This document shows, one piece after another, positions 42,681 to 53,200 of a DNA stretch of 64,000 nucleotides; position 1 is the stretch's first letter, and the number at the start of each line of letters is the position of its first letter. The notes under the pieces are model-generated. The model saw only the letters and a program-made list of their open reading frames with translations. It did not search any database and was not told the origin of the DNA. Made by a program: the position numbers and the translations under genes. Source of the DNA: a virus (Duplodnaviria; Heunggongvirae; Uroviricota; Caudoviricetes); IMG/VR virus record IMGVR_UViG_3300013936_000013, positions 77,246 to 141,245 of that record; one strand, given 5' to 3'.

Positions 42681-43421
42681 TCAGTTATCTCTGTTGCAGT
42701 TAATAGTTGAATCATAAAAATAAGTCACCATCCATGTGTCAAGATTTAAAAGTGCGGCAACCCCAGATTCAAAGCTCATTAAATCTATGTCTACTTTATG
42801 ATTGTCGCAATAATTATAAATTTGAAATTCTTTTTGCGTTTTTGGTACTGAACCAGTTAAATAAGGAACAGGTGTATGTCCATGAACAATATAGACATCA
42901 TCAAAGCCTGCGGGCCATGAGTCATCTACATGATCTCGATCCCAAAAAATTTTCCATGAATTTCTAAGTTCAGCCCACTCTTTACTCGTCCAATTCTGAT
43001 TAGGGGTGAAACCCGCATGACTTAAATAAATAAGTTGACCTTGTTTATTGCGATATGGAATAAGAGTATCCATATCAAAGATAAAGTCAAGAATTTCATC
43101 TTGACTTTTTTTCTTAAATTTAGTCCAAATTTCTGCGGTTTCTTTTCCACCATTTAGCAACCAATCGTTGATAAAAAGTTCTACAGTCTTTGGGTCTTCT
43201 TCATAACCGCCAACCGCGCCAAAAAGAATATCTTCGTGATTACCCAAAAGACAAGTTACTCTTGAATCATTCATCATTTCTTTAAGAATAGTTAATCCAT
43301 GTGGCTGGCGGTCAATAGCATCACCTAAGAAAAAGAGTTTATCTTCAGGTTTAAGAAATGCTTGAATTTGCTTCCAAAGAGAATAACAACCATGTAAATC
43401 AGAGCAGCAATAAACGCTCAT
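42681..43421 (-). CDS. Ser/Thr protein phosphatase-like metallophosphatase (lambda PPase/ApaH-like)
   Basis: DLHGCY, GDAIDRQPHG, GNHE, HGHT motifs; TGA stop. Confidence 0.65.
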   Translation of the reverse strand: MSVYCCSDLHGCYSLWKQIQAFLKPEDKLFFLGDAIDRQPHGLTILKEMMNDSRVTCLLGNHEDILFGAVGGYEEDPKTVELFINDWLLNGGKETAEIWTKFKKKSQDEILDFIFDMDTLIPYRNKQGQLIYLSHAGFTPNQNWTSKEWAELRNSWKIFWDRDHVDDSWPAGFDDVYIVHGHTPVPYLTGSVPKTQKEFQIYNYCDNHKVDIDLMSFESGVAALLNLDTWMVTYFYDSTINCNRDN

Positions 43422-43437
43422 AGAAACACGTCCTTTC

Positions 43438-44100
43438 TTAATCTTCTTTCCAATGATGATTACGCCAATAGGCTAAAGTATGTGTGGGTTCAAACATTTT
43501 CTCTGTTGATATTTCTAAAGTGAGGCGGGAAGCAATATCTTTATCGCTCTCTAAGGCTGAGGTTAAAGTTTCAACGTCTTTATCTTGAAGAGATTGAATG
43601 TAATTAGTTAATTCTTTAAGATTTGCAATCTGATTATCTCTAACTTCTCTATCTCTTTTATTTTCTTTTTCATTATCTCTTTGGATATGAGCTTGAGAAG
43701 CATATTCACAAACTTTGCAATAGTCATAGAATGTTGCAGGATTAAAGATAATTGCATCATATGCAGCTTCAAAACTTAAATATCCATGAGCCTTATTGTA
43801 AATATTATTATACCATGAAATAAAACCTTCATGCTTTTTAAAATCAGACCAATAGCAACAAACAAAATAATTATAAGGTATTGATTGAACCTCTAAAGCA
43901 TAAGCATGAATTTCATCAATAGACAAAAGTGAAATGATTTGAGAATAAGACGCGGGTGGCATGACATAGTTGCGCACAAAGTCTTTAGCTATAACGTCTC
44001 TATACTTCTCGAATCCCGCGCGTGTAGGTTGATATAATAATTTTCTATATTTAAATTCATAGAATTTGTCTTTAATAAAATTTAGCAGTTTCAATATCAT
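43438..44100 (-). CDS. hypothetical protein, paralog of next gene
   Basis: Shares IIFNPATFYDYCKVCEYAS-like block with 44072..44968 product. Confidence 0.4.
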   Translation of the reverse strand: MILKLLNFIKDKFYEFKYRKLLYQPTRAGFEKYRDVIAKDFVRNYVMPPASYSQIISLLSIDEIHAYALEVQSIPYNYFVCCYWSDFKKHEGFISWYNNIYNKAHGYLSFEAAYDAIIFNPATFYDYCKVCEYASQAHIQRDNEKENKRDREVRDNQIANLKELTNYIQSLQDKDVETLTSALESDKDIASRLTLEISTEKMFEPTHTLAYWRNHHWKED

Positions 44101-44968
44101 ACCCCTCTTCAGTGGCTTCTTTCACAACTTGATTAAGAGCTTGCAAGAAGCTATTGTTATTTTCTTTGTTTAATCTTTCTGCGATTTCAGTATCTTCTTT
44201 AGCTACTTGAGTCATTTGTTTAGTAGCTTCGTCTTGAGCTAATTGTAAATCATTTTTTAGATTATTAAGAAGTTTAATTTGGCACTCTCGAAGTTCATAT
44301 TCTTTTTTTCTTTTAATTTTTAATACAGCCTGTCTAGTTTCTTCTTCTTTCTTTTCACGAGCTTCTTTGATAAATTTAGAAAAATAACTACAAAGAAGAG
44401 CATAATCTCGAAAGGTCTTAGGATTGAAGAAAATAGGTAAAATTAAAGAACCGAAACCAGTGTTATAAGAATGAAAATCTGCATATTCAGAAAAAAGAAT
44501 CGTTCTGGTTTCATCTTCCCAATAATAAAAAAGATTTATTGCATCATTTAAGTTTGACTTATATCCCATTTCAACATCTTTTTTATAGGCTTCAAAGGTA
44601 TATCTTTTTTGATAATATTTATCAAAAAAGTTACGTCTAAAATTTAAAGGATACTTAAGATTGGCAGGAGAAAGAAAAACTTCAGAAAAGAAAGGACGAA
44701 AAGTATTAAGACCTTCAATAATAGCAATGATTTGTTCATACGTCATTTCAGGAAGAATTCGTTTAGGAAAACAAGTATTTAGATATTCTTTAGATTTTTT
44801 ATAAGTATCATAGCGAGCAGGTAAATCATTTTTATAAGTAACAGCAGTATAATAACGAATAGTGTCTTGATGAGTAGGATTCTGTTGATACCAAGTTTCC
44901 ATATCAGGAGTGCCATAAATTAATCTAGTCCATAAACTCATTCTATTATCCCATCTTTCTTTTTTCAT
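44072..44968 (-). CDS. hypothetical protein, paralog of previous gene
   Basis: IFFNPKTFRDYALLCSYFS block; first gene of the long minus-strand block. Confidence 0.4.
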   Translation of the reverse strand: MKKERWDNRMSLWTRLIYGTPDMETWYQQNPTHQDTIRYYTAVTYKNDLPARYDTYKKSKEYLNTCFPKRILPEMTYEQIIAIIEGLNTFRPFFSEVFLSPANLKYPLNFRRNFFDKYYQKRYTFEAYKKDVEMGYKSNLNDAINLFYYWEDETRTILFSEYADFHSYNTGFGSLILPIFFNPKTFRDYALLCSYFSKFIKEAREKKEEETRQAVLKIKRKKEYELRECQIKLLNNLKNDLQLAQDEATKQMTQVAKEDTEIAERLNKENNNSFLQALNQVVKEATEEGYDIETAKFY

Positions 44969-44970
44969 TT

Positions 44971-44998
44971 TGTATATATATTATAACAAATTTTTATT
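44971..44998 (-). promoter_or_regulatory. conserved TGTTATAATATATA promoter at head of minus-strand block
   Basis: Plus ttgtatatatattataacaaatttttat. Confidence 0.5.
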
Positions 44999-45029
44999 AA
45001 AATTTCAATAGCTAATATTCTATGCGGGT

Positions 45030-45058
45030 TTGCTAAAAGAAAAATATTATGGTATAAT
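45030..45058 (+). promoter_or_regulatory. sigma70-type promoter for plus-strand DGR island (TTGCTA-17 nt-TGgTATAAT)
   Basis: -35 TTGCTA 45030-45035, 17-nt spacer, extended -10 TGGTATAAT ending 45058. Confidence 0.55.
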
Positions 45059-45177
45059 AGAATGATTGAAAATAAAGGAATTGTCTTATGGACGAAAATA
45101 AATAATATTTAAGATTTATTTTTAATATTTAAATAGATATATTATATATCTAATAAGGAAAGAAAAGGAGTTTTTAT

Positions 45178-46857
45178 ATGCCAACAAACAATGAAAATAT
45201 TGCGGTTCTTTGGTAGGGTAAAAGCTGGACAGTTCTTGACAAAATTTTAAAGCAAATGAATAATGATATTGCGGAGGTAGCAGCTCAAGTGAATACGGGT
45301 TTAAATGCTCTAGTTGCTTCTCAGTTTGCAGCAGCTAGAACTGGTAAAGTTTTTACAACTAAGTTTCCACGATATGAAATTTCAACAAGTCCAACTGGTA
45401 TTAAGATGGATGATAATGAAGGCATGGTATGCATCCCTTCAACTCCTACTTCTAAGAATACTAATGACTATGAAAGTGAACCAATGTTCCAGATTTTGGA
45501 ATGTAACTGGGAACTAGATAATGCGGGTAATATTAATATTACTGCAATTAAAGGTTTGAACAGTGAGTTCGCTCGTGATGGCTCAAATGGACAAGTAGGT
45601 ATTATTAATATGCCTTGGTATGTAAAGAGCTGGGAAGATGAAAATTACTGGTATATTTCAGTATCTGATACTCAATATTCTGGTTATCAACCTCTTGGTG
45701 AATGCATTAAACCAGATGGTAGTCTTCAGGGCTTTATGGTTCATGCTAAGTATGCTATGGTTGAGATTGAGGGTAAGCCATATAGCGCTTCTGGCCGTAG
45801 ACCATGCGCGGGAGGACAGCAACCTACTAATGTTTTTCATGTAGAAGGTGGAGACGATGTAACAGAGAAACCTACTATTGTAGCTCCATCTTATAGTGGA
45901 TTAATTAACTATTGTCATAAGCATAGTAATTTCTATTGTGCAGAAACTAGTAATGATGTTTTCTTTATGCAATTACAGTATATGATTAAATATGCAACTT
46001 TAAATTCACAGAGTGTATTGAATGGTTGTTTTAATTATAGCTATAATTATAAATGCACCGTTGCAGAAAAGAAAACTAGAGGTATTATTATTGCCACATC
46101 TAATGCTAATAATCTAGTAGTTGGTTCTACTTGCTCTATTGGTACAGTAAGTGGAGATAGATATTATGCCACTCAAAATGATATTCTATATAGCAGAAGA
46201 ATTAGTAAGATTGAGCAGTATGATGCTAGTAACTCTAAAGTTTGGTTTGAAACTGATTTGCCTGAAGGTTATAGTTTTGATACTGACACTACTTATTATT
46301 TAATTACAATGCCTTGGTATACTGGTAGTTGTGATAATGTTTTAGGTATGGATGGTTCTGCGGGTAATCCCACTAATGGTAAATATCCTGCTCTGATTGG
46401 TGGTATGGAATATTTTGTAGGTGGATTTGAAACCTTGGGCAATGTAGTAATGGACATTCAAGCAGAAGAAGGTTCTACTGTTCGTCGTGATTTCTATATT
46501 GCGCATGATGCTACTATTCTCACTACGGATATGACTATTGTTAAGTCTAAGTTTAAAAAGAGTAAATATACTCGACCTGGTTATGACTTCTGGATTGCTA
46601 AGCATGGTATTGATTTGGATAATGGAATGATGATTCCTACTTTAGGTGGCGCTTCTGACCATACCGGATTCTGTGATTATTCTTGGGCGGATTAGGCTAC
46701 TAGTGGACAGAGAGAAGCTCTATTCTTCGGGCGTCTGGGCTATGGCTCCTGGCGTGGTGCTTGGAGTCTGGATGCGGACGGTGGGCTCGGGCTCACCGGG
46801 TGGAATCTCCTCTCCCGTATAAGCCCGAATGGTATGTATGGAAATTTAAGCACTTAA
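45178..46857 (+). CDS. DGR target protein (559 aa) with C-terminal variable region; 2 in-frame TAG
   Basis: AAAGGAG RBS + ATG 45178; TAG at 45217 and 46693; VR lies in the last 55 codons; stop TAA 46855. Confidence 0.7.
46724..46816 (+). repeat. DGR variable repeat (VR)
   Basis: 93-bp match to TR with 16 mismatches, all at positions that are A in TR. Confidence 0.8.
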
Positions 46858-46875
46858 AACAATAGGAGGTAAGTT

Positions 46876-47229
46876 ATGGTAGAATTAAGATCTTGTGAAA
46901 AACAACCTGAATTCTAGTACTTTCCTCTCCCTGACACTGATTTAGCAGATGTAATTATTTGTCGCAATGAAAGAACTGAAGAGGTAGAAAATTCTAATGG
47001 ATTAGAGTCTAATGAAAAAAAGATTACAATAATGTATGTTTATGACTCTAATTCTTTTAGAACAACTTTGGACAAATCTGTTATAGAGGAAAACTTAGAT
47101 TTTTATATTAATTATGAAGAGACAAAACCAGATTATCCAAAAGAGATTGATGATTTGAAATCTCAATTAATGGATACTCAAATGGCTTTATGTTCTATTT
47201 ATGAAGCGATGGAGGCGCTAAGTTCATGA
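46876..47229 (+). CDS. avd: Avd-like DGR accessory protein (117 aa); 1 in-frame TAG
   Basis: AGGAGG RBS + ATG 46876; between VR and TR as in canonical DGRs; identity by position and size only. Confidence 0.45.
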
Positions 47230-47345
47230 TTATGGCAAAAATTTATTACAACTTAATCAAGAATGGTCTAAAAACCATCGATGATGTGCCCGAAAAATTG
47301 CGGGCAGAGGTCCAGAAGTTGCTGGACAAAGATAAGAAAAACTAA
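47226..47345 (+). CDS. hypothetical 39-aa protein
   Basis: ATGA overlap with avd-like gene; MIMAKIYYNLIKNGLKTIDDVPEKLRAEVQKLL. Confidence 0.3.
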   Translation: MIMAKIYYNLIKNGLKTIDDVPEKLRAEVQKLLDKDKKN

Positions 47346-47414
47346 TTTTAATAACAATACAAACTTTTGATTAAATAATAAATAGCAAAAAATAAGGTTT
47401 TATACTTCGAGAGG

Positions 47415-47507
47415 TCTTCGGGAATCTGAACAATGGCTCCTAGAGTGGTGCTTGGAATCTGAATGCGAACAATGGGCTCGGGAACACCAGGTGGAATATC
47501 CTCTCCC
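47415..47507 (+). repeat. DGR template repeat (TR)
   Basis: A-rich copy of VR; in target frame encodes many AAY codons (AAT AAC AAT ... AAC AAT). Confidence 0.8.
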
Positions 47508-47511
47508 TTTT

Positions 47512-47578
47512 CTCTTTTGAGTTTAGAATATCAAAAGAGTACTGGCGGCTATAAGCCGCCAGTATATTTTTGTTTTTT
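47512..47578 (+). terminator. two hairpins immediately 3' of TR, second GC-rich with T-run
   Basis: ctcttttga...tcaaaagag and tactggcgg...ccgccagta followed by tatttttgtttttt. Confidence 0.5.
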
Positions 47579-47777
47579 ATATGTAGCTTTAGATATTCTT
47601 TTAAAGTATAAAACACCCTAAAAAGGTCTTTGCTTAGAGTATTTTACTCGAAATTTGCAATGATTAATCTAGTTCCATTGGAGGACTAGTTATAATGAGG
47701 TCAGTAAATTATTATCTATTAGAAAGGATGATGATTAAAAGCGTTGTTAATTAATCAAAAGAGAAAGAAGGCTAGCA

Positions 47778-48980
47778 ATGGCAGTTCACTCTTACTGCAA
47801 GAATAAAGACATTTCAGATGTCAAGTTTATTTATTATTGTGCAAAAGATTGTTTACATGATAAATGGCGTCGTGATGACGTAGTAAGATTTTTAAACGAA
47901 TATAACCCATTGTTCACTAGAAGACAGATTCTCGAACAAATTAATAAGGATAAATCTGTATTTGACTCAACTTTAATGAGAGTCGCAGAAGAACTTAGTA
48001 ATGAAATAAAAACAAAAACAGTCCACTTTAGACCGATTCGTTATAAAGAAAAATATGATGCTAATTCCAAAAAATTAAGGATTATAGGCATCCAATCTGT
48101 TAAGTAGCAAATATATGATTATGTTGCGGTTAAAGGTGCCCAAGAAATGTGGGATTGCAAAATTGGTTATTACCAGTGCGCATCACTGCCAGGCCGCGGT
48201 CAAGTATATGGTAAAAGCATGATTGAAAAATGGATACGTTCTCCAAAAACAAGAGACAAATGTATTTATGTTGTTAAAGGAGATATTAAAAAATGCTATC
48301 CTTCAGTATCTATTCCAATCATTAAAAAACTATTGAAAAAAGATATTAAAAATGATGATTTACTATATCTAATATTTACTTTAATAGATTCTTTTGATAG
48401 AGGACTATCAATAGGTTCCTATCTTAGTTAGTATCTCTGTAATTATTATCTTTCTTATGCTTATAGCTATATGGATAATGAATTAAGAAGATATTATTCT
48501 TTTAAATTATTTTATATGGATGACTTCATTATGATTGGCGAAAATAAAGAATAGCTTGTTAAAGCTATGCAGAAATTCATTTCTTATATAAAAGAAAAAT
48601 TAGATTTGACAGTAAAACCAAACTGGGAAGTCTTTCCTATTGATTATATAGATAGCCACAAGAAACGGCATGGTAGACCCATAGATATGATGGGCTATGT
48701 TATTTATCGAGACCACACAACAGTTAGAGCTTGTATTTTTCTATCAATTAGACGTTCTTATTTGCGTGCGGCTAAGCGATATGTTGATGTTAGACCTAGA
48801 AAAAGGATACCTGTGGAAGCTGCCCATAGATGCGTTTCTTATTTTGGATGGCTAAAGAATTCAAGCTCAGGAACTTTTATATTTAATTATAATGTAAAAG
48901 TAATTTTTTCCTTAGCTAAATGGTCGGTTTCTAAATTTAATAGAGACAAAAATCAATGTTCTGAAAAGCGAGGTACATAA
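47778..48980 (+). CDS. DGR reverse transcriptase; 3 in-frame TAG
   Basis: ORFs 47778..48107, 48147..48431 and 48567..48980 share one frame and are joined by TAGs; motifs RIIGIQ, YVVKGDIKKCYPSV, LSIGSYLS[TAG] (DGR GxxxSQ hallmark) and YMDDFIMIG. Confidence 0.8.
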
Positions 48981-48981
48981 T

Positions 48982-49512
48982 ATGCCTTCTATTAACCATG
49001 GTTATCAAAAGCAAGAAGATGGGTCAATGACCCTCGTTGATTTGGCGGTTAAAGCAGAAAATGCCATTATGCCTGATGGCTCAACAGTAGAAGAAAATAT
49101 TGGTAATACCAATGATACTTTAAACAAGATGTTTAAATCTTTAACTACTACGGCAAAAAATATTACTCAAGCAGATACCATTACTTTAGATTCTAATATT
49201 ACTAATTAGGATTTCAAATATCTTATTATTTATGCAAAGTTAAATGATATTTTACTTGAAACAAAAGTAATTCCTATGATTAACCTATCAACCTCACCTG
49301 CGGTTGTTACTTATCATATTGTAGATGCGGCGGGAGCCACCTAGAAGACACTTTAGTATCAGGTTCAAGTTTCTGGAACTAATAAATTAGTTATTTCTAA
49401 TTTATATTGTCATACCATCCATGCAACAGAAGAGGAACTTACGTTCCAGACTTTGACCACACTTGGCGATGATACTTATACTATTACTGGAATTTATGCC
49501 AGTGTAAAATAA
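48982..49512 (+). CDS. hypothetical protein (176 aa); 3 in-frame TAG
   Basis: ATG 48982; reads through TAG at 49207 and two more to TAA 49510. Confidence 0.4.
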
Positions 49513-49514
49513 AA

Positions 49515-49556
49515 AATTGGGAGTTATTCGTAATTGAATAACTCCCAATTTTTTTA
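49515..49556. terminator. bidirectional terminator between plus-strand island and late minus-strand block
   Basis: aattgggagttattc...gaataactcccaatt then T-run. Confidence 0.7.
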
Positions 49557-49683
49557 TACATAGATATTATTTGCGGCAAGGATTTTTTTAACCTTATCTT
49601 TTAGTAAGCGAGGAACCTCCTCGAAAGTGCGTTCACCCGCAATAATTTTTTTTGCCCATAATTCAGCAATCATATTAAATACC

Positions 49684-50160
49684 TCATTGATATACTATTT
49701 CACTTAGCTCTAGAAGACAATCTTCTAAAGTTTTATTTGACTCATTTAGGCTTTTAACTTGCGCGGTCAATTCTGAATTAAGATTTTTTAATTCATCGTT
49801 TTCTTCTCCCAAAGTGTTTATTTTTTCTTTTAATTGATTGATTTCAGTTCTTTCACCAGTAGTAAATTCATAAACTCTTTCATTAGGATTCCCACCAGAA
49901 TATTTTTGAGTAGTGGCTACCCGCAAGTTTTTATTTTTTCGCATTTTAATCTTTAACTATTGATATTCTTTCTATGAAATACCAAGCAAAGAATACTCAT
50001 TTAGATCATAGACAGTATTCTAATCAGATGATAGCACTCCTTGAGCTTCATCCTCTTCGCAAAATAGCTTAAGATTATATTCCTCTTGATATTTAATCCA
50101 AGATGGATTTTTTAATAGGTCAACAATAAGACCTTTATGAATGACTTTATAGTACAACAT
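49684..50160 (-). CDS. hypothetical protein (~158 aa); 3 in-frame TAG
   Basis: GGAGATTAT RBS + ATG 50160; joins ORF 49684..49944 through TAGs. Confidence 0.4.
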
Positions 50161-50183
50161 ATAATCTCCTTATATAAAAAGAA

Positions 50184-50213
50184 AAATGGGAGCGCATAAT
50201 GCGCTCCCATTTA
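50184..50213. terminator. terminator hairpin after giant gene
   Basis: atgggagcgc ataa tgcgctcccat with flanking A/T runs. Confidence 0.65.
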
Positions 50214-50214
50214 A

Positions 50215-53200
50215 TTATTTCTTGCCAACAAAAATTGCAAAAGCGCAAGGGAAGTAAGAGTAAGCTGGATAGTTACTATTCCATTTACCTTCGCTATTGA
50301 CTGCACCGAAGCCATTAGGATAACTAATGAACTCTTGATTATCTTCATCTACATACTCAATATATGTAGAAGCTAACCAATAGTGCTAATTATCTATATT
50401 AACAGCTTCTTCTGGACGTCTACGAACTCTTGAAGGATCGTCAGTAAAGACTGCAAAAGTAGAACCTTCTTGAGCGTAGATTGGATATCTATCAACATCC
50501 ATTGCAATCTTAGAAATTTCTGCATTATTTGGAATCCAAACTTTATCCATATCAGTAATGAATGTAGAAGTATTATTCATTTTAATTGTAGTTCCAGTAT
50601 TACTGTTACTCCAATAATCATTAAAGAACTTTTCTTCATCAGACTCTGCGGCTAAGCTAGTTCCGCCAGTTACCTGAATTTCAGCGTAGTTACCAACTGA
50701 GCTCTTACGAGATTTAGGACTGATAACTGCCTGAACTAAACCAGGCAATAGATTATAAATATCATTATTAGCAATATCTCTTAGCTCACTGTACCACCAA
50801 CCGCCATTATTCCAAGATTCTCCTTTTAAGAAAGTATTGATTCTAACAGTTGCTCCTTTAACAACAGGGATTGTTAATGTTGCATCTTCAGTTAGCTCAG
50901 TAAAGCCTGCGGCGTTCCATACTGCGTCGCCATTATTCTTAGTCAAAGTAACTCCAGAAGATAGCTTAGATTGAGTTAAATCATAAACAACAGAAGTCTC
51001 ATCTGGAGAGGTAACTGTAATCTTTGTAAGTAATGGACGACCTAATCTATCTACATTATTAAAAGTTGGAGCAATAGTTACAGAAGTAATATCTTCAGTA
51101 TGCTCATATACGAAATTATCACTATCAGCATCAATATTACCAATTTTATAGCAATATGCTTTTCTTTCTTGACTATTCATTTGATATGCTTTCAAAGATA
51201 GCATATTAGTCAATAGAGTGATACCAGAAGCAGACATATCGGTTAGAACCAGCTGTTCTGTTTGTTTTACACCACGCTCATCAGGATTTAAAGTAACACT
51301 CTTACCCTAACCGAGCTTCCAACCATAGTCTGAATAACTCTTCGTACCTGCGGTGACCGTGTTAACTACCGCTTGGATCTAACCCCAAGAGCAATCAGAG
51401 AACTCCATGGGCTCTGCACTAGGTAGTTCAATCTTAGAAGCAACTGCAAAGCAGTAGATGGTACCATCAACCGCATTAACGCTTAGAGACTCCATATTAT
51501 CCAAAGAAGCAAAGTTTTCAGGGAACTTAAAGGTATCTGTTCTCCAACCAGGCACTCTGACTATTGTCCATCCACCTTTTAGCCACTTGCTCAAATCTTC
51601 ACCCTTTAACGGGTCTTCAACTGTGCTCATATTTACATTAGCTCCATATGCTATTGCAGTAGAAGGATTACCAGAAGCATCTTCTTCAGTACCTGTAATA
51701 GAGAAGTATGGAGTTGCAGAATTTAGATTTTTAACAGCTGTATCATAATCCTGTTTAAAGAAATAAATGTTATAGTGACGTAGCTTAGGTGTATAAGTTG
51801 CAGTTAAAGTGCGGTCTTCAGTTACTTTTAGATAACTACCGTTCCAAGAGCTATAATAATAATTGTACTGAGCATCTGTTGGTTTAGTAGGAGTATCAAT
51901 TACCACATAATCTAATCCACCAAAATTATTTGGGTCATATGCTGTTCCATCTGCATTATAACCATTAAAGTTGATTGGATTATAGCCATCTTCTCCACCA
52001 ATAATTTGATAAGAACATAAAGTAGTTCCATCATAATTCTTAAATGTTACGGTATATAGATGACGACCATATAGAATACTAATATTAGGCATATAGCGTT
52101 TATAAGCTGCCATCGCCGCATCTTCAATTTGAGCAACATCAATAGTACCAGAAATGTATGGATTAGTGTTACCATTATAAATGATACCAGCTTCATCCAA
52201 TCCTTTACAGCTTAAAAGTTGGTTAAATACTTCTTCACCATTGCCATCAAGATGCCATTGAATATCAATTAATCTCAAAGTCTAAAGGTTCTTAGCTTGT
52301 TTGATAATATTTACCAATAGCTAGTCTGCAGATGGATCACATTCCTCAACTGTAATAGTTGAAAGACTATCATAACCTTGCAAGGTTAATACGCTCAAAT
52401 GCGATAGATTCTATAATTTAATATTAGTAATTGTTTTAGGCAATTTTAAAATCTCAATATTGCTATTAGCTGCAAGAGTGACAGAAGGAATATTAGTATT
52501 CTCTGCATAGAAGTATCTTAATGCAATACAGCTATTTAGTCCAATAGTAGTGTTTAAATAGGTTAAACCAGTTAGAACAATCTTCTTTAATAGATTACTA
52601 TTAAAGGAAATGTTAGTACCGTTAGCCCAAGCATTATTTTCATAACCTTCAACTTCGCTACCTAATAGAACTTCTTGCAATTTCTTAGCTTGAGAAATAT
52701 CCAACCAACTTAAATACGCGGGAGCCAGGTCTCCTAAGCTAGTAATCAGAGATGCATTGTAGACATAAGTCTCAACACCGCCAGAACCAGTTGAAGTAAA
52801 GTCAGGAGCTTTAACTGTTGTAGGAACTCCTCGCTTAGCTTTTGTTCTAATATAATCACCATTGCCATATTTTACTAAGATATACATATCAGAGTAAGGA
52901 GTAATAGTTAAATCTTGGTTAGGTGCAACAACTTTATTTTCAGTAGGCTTAGTGATACGCATCTGAATAGCATCGCCTACTGCGGTTGGACCTTCATACT
53001 TAGAACTCATATAGCGGTCTTGATAGAATAAGAACCAGTCACGTTGTAGTTGCTTATTTCCTAGCATCATAGAAATATAAGTTCTATCATTATCATTTAA
53101 GTATGGATTGATATATTTCTTAAACATATCTTCAATCCAAATAGCTTCACACCAGTTAGCTTGATAATCAGAGAATTTTTTACTTAAACGAAATGCGTTA

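Noticed and set aside
46724-47507. VR/TR pair interpreted as protein-level duplicated C-terminal domains or as an RNA gene
   Set aside because: There are no third-position-only (synonymous) differences. All 16 differences are TR-A to VR-non-A, the TR copy has no start codon, and the pair sits with an RT carrying GxxxSQ. This is the DGR signature, not duplication under purifying selection.
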